DNA of 31,079 bases from Octopus sinensis (GCF_006345805.1 NW_021832346.1:1-31079); one strand, 5' to 3'. Positions 1 through 11,115 are shown, counted from the stretch's first letter. The notes: generated from the sequence alone by a model not told the origin. Made by a program: numbers and translations.

Positions 1-219
1 GATAGATAGATAGATAGATAAATAGACAGATAGATAGATAGATAGATATAAAGATAGATAGACTAATAGAGAGAGAGAGAGCGAGATGGACAGAGAGGCA
101 GATATAATATTTAAATAGACAGAGAAACAGACAGACAGACAGATAGACAGATAGATATAGATAGATAGATAGATAGATGATAGATAGATATATAGATAGA
201 TAGATAGATAGATAGATAT

Positions 220-284
<65 letters not shown>

Positions 285-295
285 CAGAGATAGAT
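1..295. repeat. (GATA)n microsatellite, imperfect
   Basis: Direct reading: long GATA/GACA tandem run. Confidence 0.97.
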
Positions 296-458
296 TTGGT
301 TAAACAAACAGGGAAATAGAGCTCAAAAGTATTATTATTATTAAATTCTCGCCCCTTGAGTCACTGTAACTTCTGCCGGTTAGTAACACACACACACACA
401 CACACGTGTTCATACTTCATACTTCCTTACAGTGGAACACATGAAGTAAAGTGTAAAT

Positions 459-500
<42 letters not shown>

Positions 501-632
501 TCTCTTTCTTTCTGTTTCGCACACATACACACTTATACACACATACATAGACATAGACACTCATGTGTCTGCGCTAGAGTTTATACATGAGGATAACCAG
601 TGACACTTACTAGAAATCATACTAACAACCAC

Positions 633-740
633 TCTCTCTGTCTCTCTGTCTCTCTCTGTCTCTCTCTCTGTCGCTGTCTCTCTGTCTCTCTCTGTCTCTC
701 TTTCTCTCTCTGTCTCTCTTTCTCTCTCTCTCTCACACAC
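633..740. repeat. (CT)n/(CTGT)n microsatellite
   Basis: Direct reading; a second (CT)n tract lies at about 461-500. Confidence 0.95.
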
Positions 741-789
741 ACACGACCAAACCTACCTCCCAGTATCAAAGATTCGTACATAAATATAT

Positions 790-1135
790 AAATACATACA
801 TACATACATCCATACATAGATATATACACACACCGACACACATATATATACATATATACACTCACGCATACATACATGCATACAAATATACATACATAGA
901 CATACATACTTACATACATACCTACATACACACATACATACATGCATGCATACATACCTACATACACACATACATACATACACATATACATACATGCATG
1001 CATACATACATACATACATACATACATACATGCATGCATACATACATACATATGTACGTACATACATACATACATACATACATACATACATACATACATA
1101 CATGCATACATACATACATACATACATACATACAT

Positions 1136-1166
<31 letters not shown>

Positions 1167-1167
1167 T
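790..1167. repeat. (CATA)n microsatellite
   Basis: Direct reading; source of the HTYI/MYVC pseudo-ORFs. Confidence 0.97.
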
Positions 1168-1446
1168 AACACGTCCCTGCGTACATAAACAGAAAAGATG
1201 CTAAATTTACTATTATGTACAGTCTGTGAGAAACAGTCAAACAACGAAGTTATTTTATTTGAGTGGAAGAAAACGTCATGTGTAGTCAATTTTTATGAAA
1301 GGAGTCTTTCTTTTAAGTGACTGTCAATTGATACTATTCCAGGAGATTTAGAATTGGAAACCAGACTAGCATCCACGAGGGAATTCACTAAATCGACATA
1401 ATTTTTAGTACAGGATGGAACACAAATATTTGAATGCGTGTCTCTG

Positions 1447-1815
1447 CGTATGTATGTAATGTATGTATGTATGTATGTATGTATGTATGTATGTATGTAT
1501 GTATGTATGTATGTATGAATGTATGTATGTATGTATGTATGTATGTATGTATGTATTTATGTATGTATGTATGTATGTATTATGTATGTATGTATGTATG
1601 TATGTATGTATGTATGTGTGTATGTATGTATGTATTATGTATGTATGTATGTATGTATGTATGTATGTATGTATGAATGTATGTATGTATGTATGTATGT
1701 ATGTATGAATGTATGTATGTATGTATGTATGTATGTATGTATGTATGTGTGTGTGTGTAGGAAGGTAGGTATATGTGTGTATATCTCTCTGTGTTTGTGT
1801 GTTTATGTGTGTGTG
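1447..1815. repeat. (TATG)n grading into (TG)n microsatellite
   Basis: Direct reading; reverse complement of the 790-1167 tract. Confidence 0.97.
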
Positions 1816-1972
1816 TGAGTAATATGTAAGTCTTTAAAATCTGTATATTTTAGCGCATAAAAGGAAGAATTAGAAAGGAAAGGAAAAATAAAAAAATAAA
1901 ATAAAATAAAAATAAAAATACAGTATCAGCAACTTAGTCTCGTCAGTTATTATAAATCATCAGCATTGTCAT

Positions 1973-2217
1973 AAAGAAGAGGAAGTGGAAGAAGAAGAAG
2001 AAGAGGAGGAAGAAGAAGAAGAAGAAGGAAGAGAAGAAGGAGGAGGAGGAGGTGGAAGAAAGGGTGGAGGTGGAGGCGGAGGAGGCGGAGGAGGCGGAGA
2101 AGGAAGAGGAGGAGGAGGAAAAGAAGAAGAAGAAATAGAAGGGGAGTAGGCGGAGGAGTAGGAGTAGGAAGAGAAAAAGAAGAACAAAGAGGAGGAGTAG
2201 GAGGCGAAGGAGAAGAA
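1973..2217. repeat. GAA/GGA purine-rich low-complexity tract
   Basis: Direct reading. Confidence 0.95.
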
Positions 2218-2273
2218 GATCCTCCTGTTTTGTCTATTCCGTCAAAACCAGGAATTTTCAGCACCGCCTCGTA
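2218..2273 (-). mobile_element. Mariner-type terminal inverted repeat remnant
   Basis: Minus strand reads TACGAGGCGGTGCTGAAAATTCCTGGTTTT...ACAGGAGGATC: a TA followed by a CGAGG.GGTGCTGAAAA start resembling mariner TIRs. No partner TIR or transposase nearby. Confidence 0.45.
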
Positions 2274-2457
2274 CATGTATTTATGTCTGTCTGCCTGTAT
2301 ATATATATATATATATATATACAAAAGGTTAAATGCGGATTCGTCCTTTGATTTTGAGGTTTCCAAAAAAGATTTCTAATGTTGATTCTTCATACTTCTC
2401 TGAGAGTTTACAGACGTAAATTTGCGAAGATATGAAAGTAGTACTTGTATATAATAA

Positions 2458-2610
2458 ATGGTGAATTTATGGAATGGAGTCCCATAAAATTCACCAGTTT
2501 AGTTAAAAATGGAGGAGACAAGTTTAAACTTCTTATGTAGTTTAACTTGTCTTCTCCTTTTTAAACTAAATTGATGAGTTTTATAGGACTTCATTTCATA
2601 AATTCACCAT
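2458..2610. repeat. Fold-back inverted repeat, about 72-bp arms with 8-nt loop
   Basis: 2458-2530 aligns to the reverse complement of 2539-2610 (ATGGTGAATTTATG...GACAAGTT), roughly 85% identical. Confidence 0.9.
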
Positions 2611-2624
2611 ATATATATATTTTC

Positions 2625-3095
2625 ATGTTTTTTTCATTTCATCATTTCATTTTATCTAGCTTCATTTCACGAGCTGTGGCCATGCTGGGGCACCGCCATT
2701 CGGTGTTGCTAAATGATTTTACTTCACAAATGCTTTTTAGCAATTGCCATTTGGTGCACGAGAGATTTCGATGCAGCTGCCCTCATCTACACCTCCTGCC
2801 GTGAAGTTGGTTCATCTGGGACACCTGACAGGAAGAGGTCCAGCTTTATTTTAAAGACATCTGCATCCACCCCATGCAGGTCTCTCAGGTTCTTCGGGAG
2901 GATATTGAAGAGCTGTGGGCCTCTGAAGCCCAGGCTATCACAGTATCTTGTCCTACATCTTGATGGCAAATTTGGAGTCCTTGGCACTATGCAGTGGCGC
3001 CCAGTTCTAGTATTTGTGTAACTCTCGATACCAAAGTTTGGGACAAGTCTTTCTAGGATCTTCCAGATGTATATTATGGCATATCTTTCTCGCCT
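2625..3095 (-). mobile_element. 5'-truncated CR1/L2-group LINE: ORF2 C-terminus, 3' UTR and (ATGAA)n-like tail
   Basis: Minus translation RRERYAIIYIWKILERLVPN...GPQLFNILPKNLRDL...FKIKLDLFLSGVPDEP matches the post-RT C-terminus of CR1/L2-like ORF2, followed by a short UTR and simple-repeat tail. Exact clade uncertain. Confidence 0.8.
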
Positions 3096-3322
3096 ACCCT
3101 CTCTCTCTATATATATATAGTTTTAGGTAATAATATAAATAAACTCGAAGATATTTGTTAATGTATGAATTATACATTTATAATCCATTAAATCGTAAGA
3201 AAACTAAGAAATTGTACTTCGAACAAAATTAGAATTGCTTTCTTAATACTTTCCTTTAACAAGTGTGTGAATAACAAAGCGTGATAATATTTCTCTACCA
3301 ATAATTCAAGTTGATCAGATAT

Positions 3323-3642
3323 CTATCCATTTATTCTGTTGTGTCTGGGGAGAGTCATTTTCTTTTTGTGCCTTATAATATAACACACTCATCGGTAAAA
3401 TTTCCATTTTTTTTCCTTATTTTTATTCTCCTGAAAAGACTATTGAAAAGGTTGCAAGACGCAACGAAAATTTTAGGAAAATAAAAATAAGAAAAAAAAA
3501 GTGGAAATTTTACCGGTGAGTGTTATATTATATGACACAAAAGGAAAATGACTCTCCCCAGACACAACAGAATATGCTTCAACACACGAACTCACATAAA
3601 GAATCTTGCAAACCAAATCCCAAAACGAAACTATCCATTTAT
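3323..3642. mobile_element. Insertion with about 100-bp fold-back arms, bracketed by a 12-bp direct repeat
   Basis: 3332-3431 is the reverse complement of 3476-3574; CTATCCATTTAT occurs at 3323-3334 and 3631-3642 (candidate target-site duplication). Confidence 0.75.
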
Positions 3643-3764
3643 GTTTCAATTTAATTGCAAATCTCGGCAAGTTTTCTGCACTATGGACAAGCGTATTAGT
3701 TTTTCGCTATCGTCAGAAATAAAATTTTTACAAATAAGATATCTAAAAATTTCAGCGATAACCA

Positions 3765-5560
3765 TGCGATACATCATAGACTGGGGGGATAAAGAAGCCA
3801 GAATGGGTAGGGCTTTGATCAATTTGGATCAGTCTAAAGCATTTGATGGGTTGACCACCAATACTTGGCACCGTTCTCATGGCGGACTGTTTCGGTCCCG
3901 TTTTCCGTGACTGGATCGTTGCAATGTACAGCGATATCTGCTCCGTAGTTCTGATGAAGATTTACCTATCATGCGTTCTGTCCGTCAAGAGTGTCCACTC
4001 TCGTCTCTTCCTTATGTACTGGCTCTTGAGCCACTACTGCGGAAATTCGAAACGTTGAGAGGCATCCCGCGCGAACTAAGCTATGGTAAAACCGTGTCGG
4101 CATACGTGGACGATGTCACCGTCACTGTGTCGAACATCAGGCTCATAGATCTGGTCGGCACAGCTCTAATAGAATACGAGGCGGTGACAGGAGCAAAAAT
4201 TATCCAAGAAAAGTCAGTGGGCCTGCAGCACGGCAACTGGTGAGGCAGGTCCGTGCCGCCCAATAAGTTCGTGGGACACTGGACGGAGGGACAGGTTAAA
4301 CTGTCCAGATTTCCAAGTGGAGAAGAACTTGGACGAGAAGACGAGCAGGGTGGCCAATGTCACTCAGAAACGGATCTAAAAAGGTCTCCCTGAAAAGTCG
4401 AGGCAGCGAATACATTCCTATATTATCGCCTTACCGTCGTCTTGCCTTGCTCTAGTTTACAGCTGACCAAATTGGAGCGTGTACCCGTCTGCTTTCTGTG
4501 GAAGAGACGTGTTCCACTGGTTAGGCTCCCCATCTGCTGCAATTGCCCGTTGAATGGAGGGCTAGACATGTTATGGCAGCTGATGTGCGCAGACATGTGC
4601 TGTTATATCTTCAGTGCTTCCTAGATGAACGGGTGTGGTCGCCGGTTATCTGATAGGACTTTCCACAATTCGTCTCTTTGTTTGAGCTGCAGTCCTGAAT
4701 CAAGCGTAGACCAACTTGAGTTCTCGCAATCCTGTCAGTGAGGCAATGCGGTCGGTGGACGTTCCACTCAGACGTTCTATAGGGGGTTAATGGAGGGCAA
4801 GTGTGACGACGTTCTCGGGAAAAGTTTAGGGGTCAACGAGAATGAGCTGGCTGATTTGTTCTGGATGACTTTCGAGCCGGAGCTCATACATAACTTGTAG
4901 AAATCCTTGGCCTGGCTGTGCTACCGGGTAGGATTGTCGGCACGGGAGAAACCCTACAGGCATAGAAGTGCCGTCAGCTGGATTTGCCCGAGATGCGCAC
5001 AGACTGACTAAACTATTCTGCGCCTCCAAAGCCAGTGCTCGAGCACTGCTGACTTATGTCGAACATCTGCTGTCGTATATAGGACGGATCCGGCTATTGG
5101 CTGAATCCATCGTGAGGATCGGCCCACCTTCTTCCTTTGGTCGGGAAGGTCAGGCAGTATTTCTTTGTCTGGTGGCCTTAGTGAAAGAGGCAGTTTGGTA
5201 GACCAGGTTGAAAGGGCTGAAGACACACTTTGCTTTTAGGCCAAGCCCTCATCAACTTTTTGAAGTTTCTCTTGAAAAGGTGAGGAGAGAGATGGAAATG
5301 TTGCCTCCCAGCAATTTTATTAAAAGGGTATGTAGATTTAGATCGAATGACCCAAGTGAACGGGCCTACACAAAGCATATGCCTCTAGATCGAGGGTAGA
5401 TAACGAGGAGAAAGCAATTGCCCTACAGGTCGTGGTTTTTGTGGGGTTTGCGCGAGAGGTCCTTGGGAGTCTCTCTCTTGTGGGGATTTTGATAGAATTT
5501 TCATTGTTATTCTTCGTTCACACGTTCTGTACCGTCTCCAATTTTTTATATGAACCCTCA
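3765..5560 (+). mobile_element. Degenerate 5'-truncated L1/Tx1-clade LINE (RT, C-terminal Cys/His region, 3' UTR)
   Basis: Broken-frame motifs ALINLDQSKAFD, VRQECPLS (QGCPLS), SAYVDDVT (YADD), AVTGAKI..EKS, later CPRCAQT...EHLL and VKEAVW. Many stops, substitutions and frameshifts. Confidence 0.9.
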
Positions 5561-5570
5561 GTTGTTAATA

Positions 5571-5573
5571 ATG

Positions 5574-5638
<65 letters not shown>

Positions 5639-5660
5639 AATTATTATTATTATTATTATT
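5571..5660. repeat. (ATT)n microsatellite
   Basis: Direct reading. Confidence 0.97.
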
Positions 5661-6199
5661 GAGTGAGAGAGCGGTGCATGCCATCAAAGTGACACTGGGG
5701 TAAAATATACAAAGCCCAATATACCCATCATGACTACCCGTCTGATAAGGGTACACCAGGCACATGCTTCATAACCATATGTGCGCGACATGGTGATCAC
5801 ATATCAAAATAAACGGCGCATGAACTTGCAAGTGGGGCCCAGTTAGAATTTTCTTCAGGTCGAGTAACCCATCCCACTCAAAAGGTCCCTGAATAAGGGC
5901 TGTTTAAGGATGTTGAACGAAACACCCATGTTTCCAGAGGTGAATTATTTAAACCCCAAAGAATTCCTCTCAACACACGGCTATGATGCTGCCCCACTAC
6001 TTCTGCTCATATCGTCAGCCACTAAGGGATATGGTCAACTGGTTAAGGTCAAACAACTGACAAGCAAATCTGTGGTATTGAGCAGAATATTTGCTGTAGC
6101 CCATCTTTTATACCAAGACAAAACAATGTACATGATAACACTTCCAATCAGTTAAGAGCAGAAGCCACGAGAGCCACTGCCTGGTACTGCATCAGGGCA
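5661..6199. mobile_element. Unclassified non-coding interspersed element (about 540 bp) in an (ATT)n array
   Basis: Complex sequence with sharp ends, flanked on both sides by TTATTATT. No ORF with recognisable motifs, no TIRs, no A/B boxes. Recalled as an abundant octopus repeat, not verified. Confidence 0.6.
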
Positions 6200-6451
6200 T
6201 TATTATTATAAGGATTATCTAAATAAAGTACAATAAAAATAAAGATCATACAGACTGTAATAAAATATAAGTTACAAGATAAAATTAAATAACCAAAATA
6301 TGTTTGTTTATTTTATCATGAATACCTCAACTCTTTCATATTATTCAGCTGCTAATTGTAGAGGTGGTTTTTAAGGTTTCGTATATTGATAAATATTTAT
6401 ATATGCAAGTATATGTACATAGCTATATAAATACATATGCACCCAAATATA

Positions 6452-7590
6452 CAGGGTGCGGTGAATAAATTGTCATCTAAGTTACGCAAAAATTACTCAT
6501 TTATATATTTACCAAAATTACATAAAAATATCTTGAAATACTAAAGAGTAAATTTATTCAATAGAATCGCCATTGGCTTCAATCACAGCCTCCAGACGAC
6601 TTCAGAATCTCCTGCGAGTCTTCTGGACAGTCTTCTTGTTTAAGTTGGTGAATGCTGCCATAATCCTTGCCTTCAGTTCATCTTTGGTGTAACAAGGAGT
6701 TTTGTTGGTCTCTCGTTCAACTGCTCCCCACACACAATTATCAAGGAGGTTGCAGCTTGGGGAGTTAGGTGGCCAGATGATAGGGGTGATGTGGTCGCAG
6801 AAATTGTCTCCGAGCCATGACTGGGTTATCCTGCTTTTGTGGCGTGGTGCAGAGTCCGGTTGCCAGACATGGGGTCTTCCAGCAGCCACCCTTTTGACCC
6901 AGGGTAGCACTGCCTCCTCCATGGCACTTGATGTAGGCCTTTGTGTTGAGTGTGAGATCGTGTGGGAAGATGAATGGAGGCATAATGTTGCCATCACTAG
7001 TGATCACTCCAAACACCATGATGTTGACTGGATGTTTGATTTTTATCACTCTTGGTACATGTTTTGGGGACACAGCAAGCCAACGGTTGTTCAGTGTGTT
7101 CACCATCTGATCCTGGCAGAAATTTTTCTCGTCTGAGAAAAACCAAAATATGTTCGCTTGGAGGGGATGCTTGAGTTTGTTCAAAAACTTCGTAGCGCGG
7201 TCTTTCCTCTTGTCCTTGATGGCTTGGGATAAAAATTGGCCCTTTCTTATCTTGTATGAGGAACACCGAATGTCTTCATGCACTATCTGCCTGATAAGAA
7301 ACTCAGACAGACACTCCAATGTCCCTGGTGATGGACCTGATTGACTTGGATGGATCGTTGTCAATCATGGCCTAGATCTAACCAACAAATTCAGGAGTTC
7401 TTTTCTTATCAGAACGATAGGAGTTTTCCGAGCTTCGTAATTACCATTAGACCCATCCAACTCTTTCCGAATCCTCTGCATTGCCCTCAGATTAACACCC
7501 AAACACTCAGAAATGTTTGCCAAGTAGTAGAGCATATGGCTTCAAAATTTCTGGCTGAATGAATTACGTCATAGTGCTGGTTTTGTCACT
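6452..7590 (-). mobile_element. Tc1/mariner DD37D (maT-type) transposon, defective and lacking its 5' end
   Basis: Minus-strand transposase motifs WFFSDEK, VFGVITSDG, WQPDSAP...WPPNSPSCNLLD, with 37 residues between the last two Asp. TA at 6450-6451 then CAGGGTG terminus. Frameshifts, premature TGA at 6602-6604, original stop at about 6554. No second TIR seen. Confidence 0.92.
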
Positions 7591-7723
7591 GGGGACGAAT
7601 ATTCGGCTAAAATACCCTTCGAGACGGAGTTCCTGCATGGGCGCAGTCTAATGACAAAAATAACAGAATAACAGTATGTGTGCATACATACATACACACA
7701 TACACACACATACACACATATAT

Positions 7724-8124
7724 ATTCTTTTATTCTTTTATGCTGTTATTCTTTTATTTATTTCAGTCATTTGACTGCGGCCATGCAGGAGCACCACCTT
7801 TTTCTTTGTAAGCTTAGTACTTATTCTATCGGTCTCTTTCGCCAAATCGCTAGGTTACGGGGACCGAAACACACCAACATCGGTTGTTAGCAATGGAGGT
7901 GGTGGTGGGGGTGGGGCGTACAGACATATACGCACATACACACATACATATACATACACATATATACGACGGGTTTCTTTCAGTTTCCGCCTACCAAATC
8001 CGTTCACAAGATTTTGGGCGGCTCGAGGCTATACTAGAAGACACTTGGCCAATGTTCCACGCAATGGGCTTGAACCCGGAACCTTGTGACTGGTAAGTAA
8101 GCTTCTTAACACACAGCCATCCCT
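7724..8124 (-). mobile_element. tRNA-derived SINE, family A (LINE-like 3' tail)
   Basis: Minus head GGCTGTGTGTTAAG...GGTTCAAGCCC (A/B-box-like), internal CA-rich spacer, tail ending (AAAAGAAT)n; homologous to 14533-14946. Confidence 0.88.
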
Positions 8125-8410
8125 GGACTAATTGGGTATATGTCGATAAATGTGTTAAAGTGTTCAGTAGAGCACTGGCACAGTTTGGGCTACCCAGTGT
8201 CACCCGAGGTCGGGGTATTATTTCCGTTGCCAAATTTTGTGACTCAGACATAACTTATATAAATATATTTTGACACTTTACATTCAGCTTTTAGTATTAT
8301 CCTTTCTTTCCCTCTACACAAGTGTACGCACACGCCCCTCTCCATATGTGTGTGTGTGTGTGTGTGTGTGTGTTTATATATATGTATATATATTCGTATA
8401 CATATATATA

Positions 8411-8485
8411 TTGAAGTATATGCGTTTCCGTATATATATATATATATATTATATATATATATATACGGAAACGCATATACTTCAA
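8411..8485. repeat. Near-perfect 75-bp palindrome centred on (TA)n
   Basis: TTGAAGTATATGCGTTTCCG (8411-8430) and CGGAAACGCATATACTTCAA (8466-8485) are exact reverse complements. Confidence 0.93.
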
Positions 8486-8944
8486 ATGCGCGTGTGTATG
8501 TGATTATGTTTGCGTATGCGTGTGTACTTGAACACGTGTGCGCTATTACGTGTGCGAGTGTTTATATTTTATACATACATGGACAACCGCGGATTCATTC
8601 TGGTGCAATGACCGATCAAAGGAATTTTCAGGTATTTCATGATATCCCTTGTGGATCCACAAATGGCTAATCGTGTCGAGTTCTGCACACATGCAAATCA
8701 TTCTAGTCTGTTTGTTCTGCAAATAAAATAATTTCAACCGTATTGCTGTTTCTCCACATCTGCTGACAAAGGCCATCAGTTAGTCTAACTGGCTTGACAA
8801 AGTAAATCAGTATGTTTGGCCAGTCGTTCTTCCTTAGCTGTGTATGAAAAAGACATTTTCTCTCTCAAGACGCAGACGGAAGGACGGAATACACATAAAC
8901 CGTACCCACGACGGAGTCTTTGAGTTCAACAGGCTGTTGTACAC

Positions 8945-9125
<181 letters not shown>

Positions 9126-9181
9126 ATCATATATCTATTTAGTTGGTTAGCTAACTGCCTATCTATTGCTCTCTCGTTCTC

Positions 9182-9217
<36 letters not shown>

Positions 9218-9749
9218 ACACACTCACACACTCACACACACACGCGCATATGCACACAGACATTCTCTCTCTATCTAACTCTCTCTCCCTCTCTATCTCT
9301 CTCTCCCTCTCTCTATCTCTCTCCCTCTCTATCTCTCTCTCCTTCTCTATCTCTCTATCCCCTCCTCTCTCTCTCCCTCAAGCACATATATGCACATATA
9401 CTTAAATCTCATTCTCTCGGTACATGTGTCAGTGTATTCTAATAATAAACATACAGGTATCTCCCGTGTTAGTTACCATGTCATAAGGAATTTCATCCTT
9501 ACGGAAATTGCAAAGTATGACCATTGATTTCGGGATACGGTTTGTAATTTTGCTCTTACGGAAACTAGGACTGTTTAGTTTAAGATTGTTAATTTATGAC
9601 TACAATTTCTTAACTCAATGGCCACTTGCGTTTTAGTTAAGATCAAACTATATTGTTAACAATTTGGAAAACTATCATAGCGTTACACACATATATGCAC
9701 ATACATACACACCACACATCTATATATAATGTACATAATTTGAGTTTAC

Positions 9750-9807
9750 GGTCTAGGAATCGAAGCCGCGAGTCCGCTGCCCTAACCACTGAGCCATTGC
9801 GTCTCAC
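9750..9807 (-). mobile_element. SINE family B head fragment
   Basis: Minus TGGCTCAGTGGTTAGGGCAGCGGACTCGCGG...TTCGATTCC; same head as 11040-11115 with an internal deletion. Confidence 0.8.
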
Positions 9808-9871
9808 ACACACACACACACACACCACACACATATATATAATATATATATATAATATATATACATACATA

Positions 9872-9912
<41 letters not shown>

Positions 9913-9948
9913 ATACATACATACTTATATAATATATATATATATATA

Positions 9949-10002
<54 letters not shown>

Positions 10003-10102
10003 ATATGAAGAAACAATGTACCATAATCACTGCAGGAAATGGTCTTGTACAAGAGGGGGCACTGGAAGAATTGTTGTTTTTTTTTCGCTTTTGTCGTCAG
10101 TA

Positions 10103-10519
10103 CTGGCAGATTTCTTATTTCTTTACTGCCCACAAGGGGCTAAACACAGAGGGGGACAAACATGGAGAGACAAAGGGATTAAGTCGATTACATCGACCCC
10201 AGTTCGTAACTGGTACTTAATTTATCGACCCCGAAAGGATGAAAGGCAAAGTCGACCTCGGCGGAATTTGAACTCAGAACGTAACGGCAGTCGAAATACC
10301 TATTCCTTTACTACCCACAAGGGGCTAAGCACGGAGGGAACAAACAAGGACAGACAAAGGAATTGAGTCGATTATATCGATCCTAGTGCGTAACTGGTAC
10401 TTATTTAATCGACCCCGAAAGGATAAAAGACAAAGTCGACCTCGGCGGAATTTGAACTCAGAACGTAACGGCAGACGAAACACCGGTAAGTATTTCGTCC
10501 GGAGAGCTGGCAGATTTCT
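10103..10519 (-). mobile_element. SINE family C tandem dimer with probable 13-bp target-site duplication
   Basis: Two consecutive copies of CCCACAAGGGGCT...ATCGACCCCGAAAGGAT...AAAGTCGACCTCGGCGGAATTTGAACTC; CTGGCAGATTTCT at 10103-10115 and 10507-10519. Confidence 0.88.
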
Positions 10520-10744
10520 ATCAATAATGGTGGAAAATAATGGTGCCTTTTGCCAAAACCACGTTTGGCTTTTGCTATTTTGGTTGTTGTTGTTGTTGTT
10601 TTTTTTACTTTTGTTTTCATATTCTTTTTCTTGGAGAGGTAGTAATAAGCATAATCAACTGAACGGGTTGACACCGCTGTGTTCTCTGTTACCGTGATGC
10701 TAGATTTACGATAATTTATAATTTATTCCAAAAATATTATATTG

Positions 10745-10749
10745 CACAA

Positions 10750-10809
<60 letters not shown>

Positions 10810-10897
10810 GAAGAAGAAGAAGAAGAAGAAGAAGAAAAAAAAAAAAGAAGAAGAAGAAGAAGAAGAAGAAGAAGAAGAAGAAGAAGAAGAAGAAGAG
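10745..10897. repeat. (GA)n then (GAA)n microsatellite
   Basis: Direct reading. Confidence 0.97.
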
Positions 10898-10929
10898 GGT
10901 ATGCGGGGGAGGAGGAGAAGGCCAACAGA

Positions 10930-11115
10930 AGAAAGAATGAGAGAAAGTTGTGGTGAAAGAGTACAGCAGGGATCGCCACCACCCTCTGCCGGAGCCACGT
11001 GGAGCTTTAGGTGTTTTAGCTCAATAAACACTCACAACGCCCGGTCTGGGAATCGAAACAGCGATCCTATGACCGCGAGTCCGCTGCCCTAACCACTGGG
11101 CCATTGCGCCTCCAC
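10930..11115 (-). mobile_element. SINE family B, 3'-truncated
   Basis: Minus head GTGGAGGCGCAATGGCCCAGTGGTTAGGGCAGC...TTCGATTCCCAGACC; body homologous to 12848-13152. Confidence 0.88.

Noticed and set aside
1330-1402. Possible terminal exon after TATTCCAG (GDLELETRLASTREFTKST*)
   Set aside because: Weak acceptor, no recognisable homology, no upstream exon.
356-1818. Long ORFs such as MYVCMYVC and HTYIHTYI (also 11104-12277, 24404-24760, 27951-28955)
   Set aside because: Translations of stop-free microsatellites; no coding complexity.
1950-2366. 138-aa ORF with an apparently real segment YEAVLKIPGFDG
   Set aside because: Runs through (TA)n, a mariner TIR remnant and a purine tract; a chance open frame.
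8649-8662. 14-bp perfect palindrome TTGTGGATCCACAA, and an 11-bp hairpin at 24774-24798
   Set aside because: Short and isolated with no supporting context; not distinguishable from chance.
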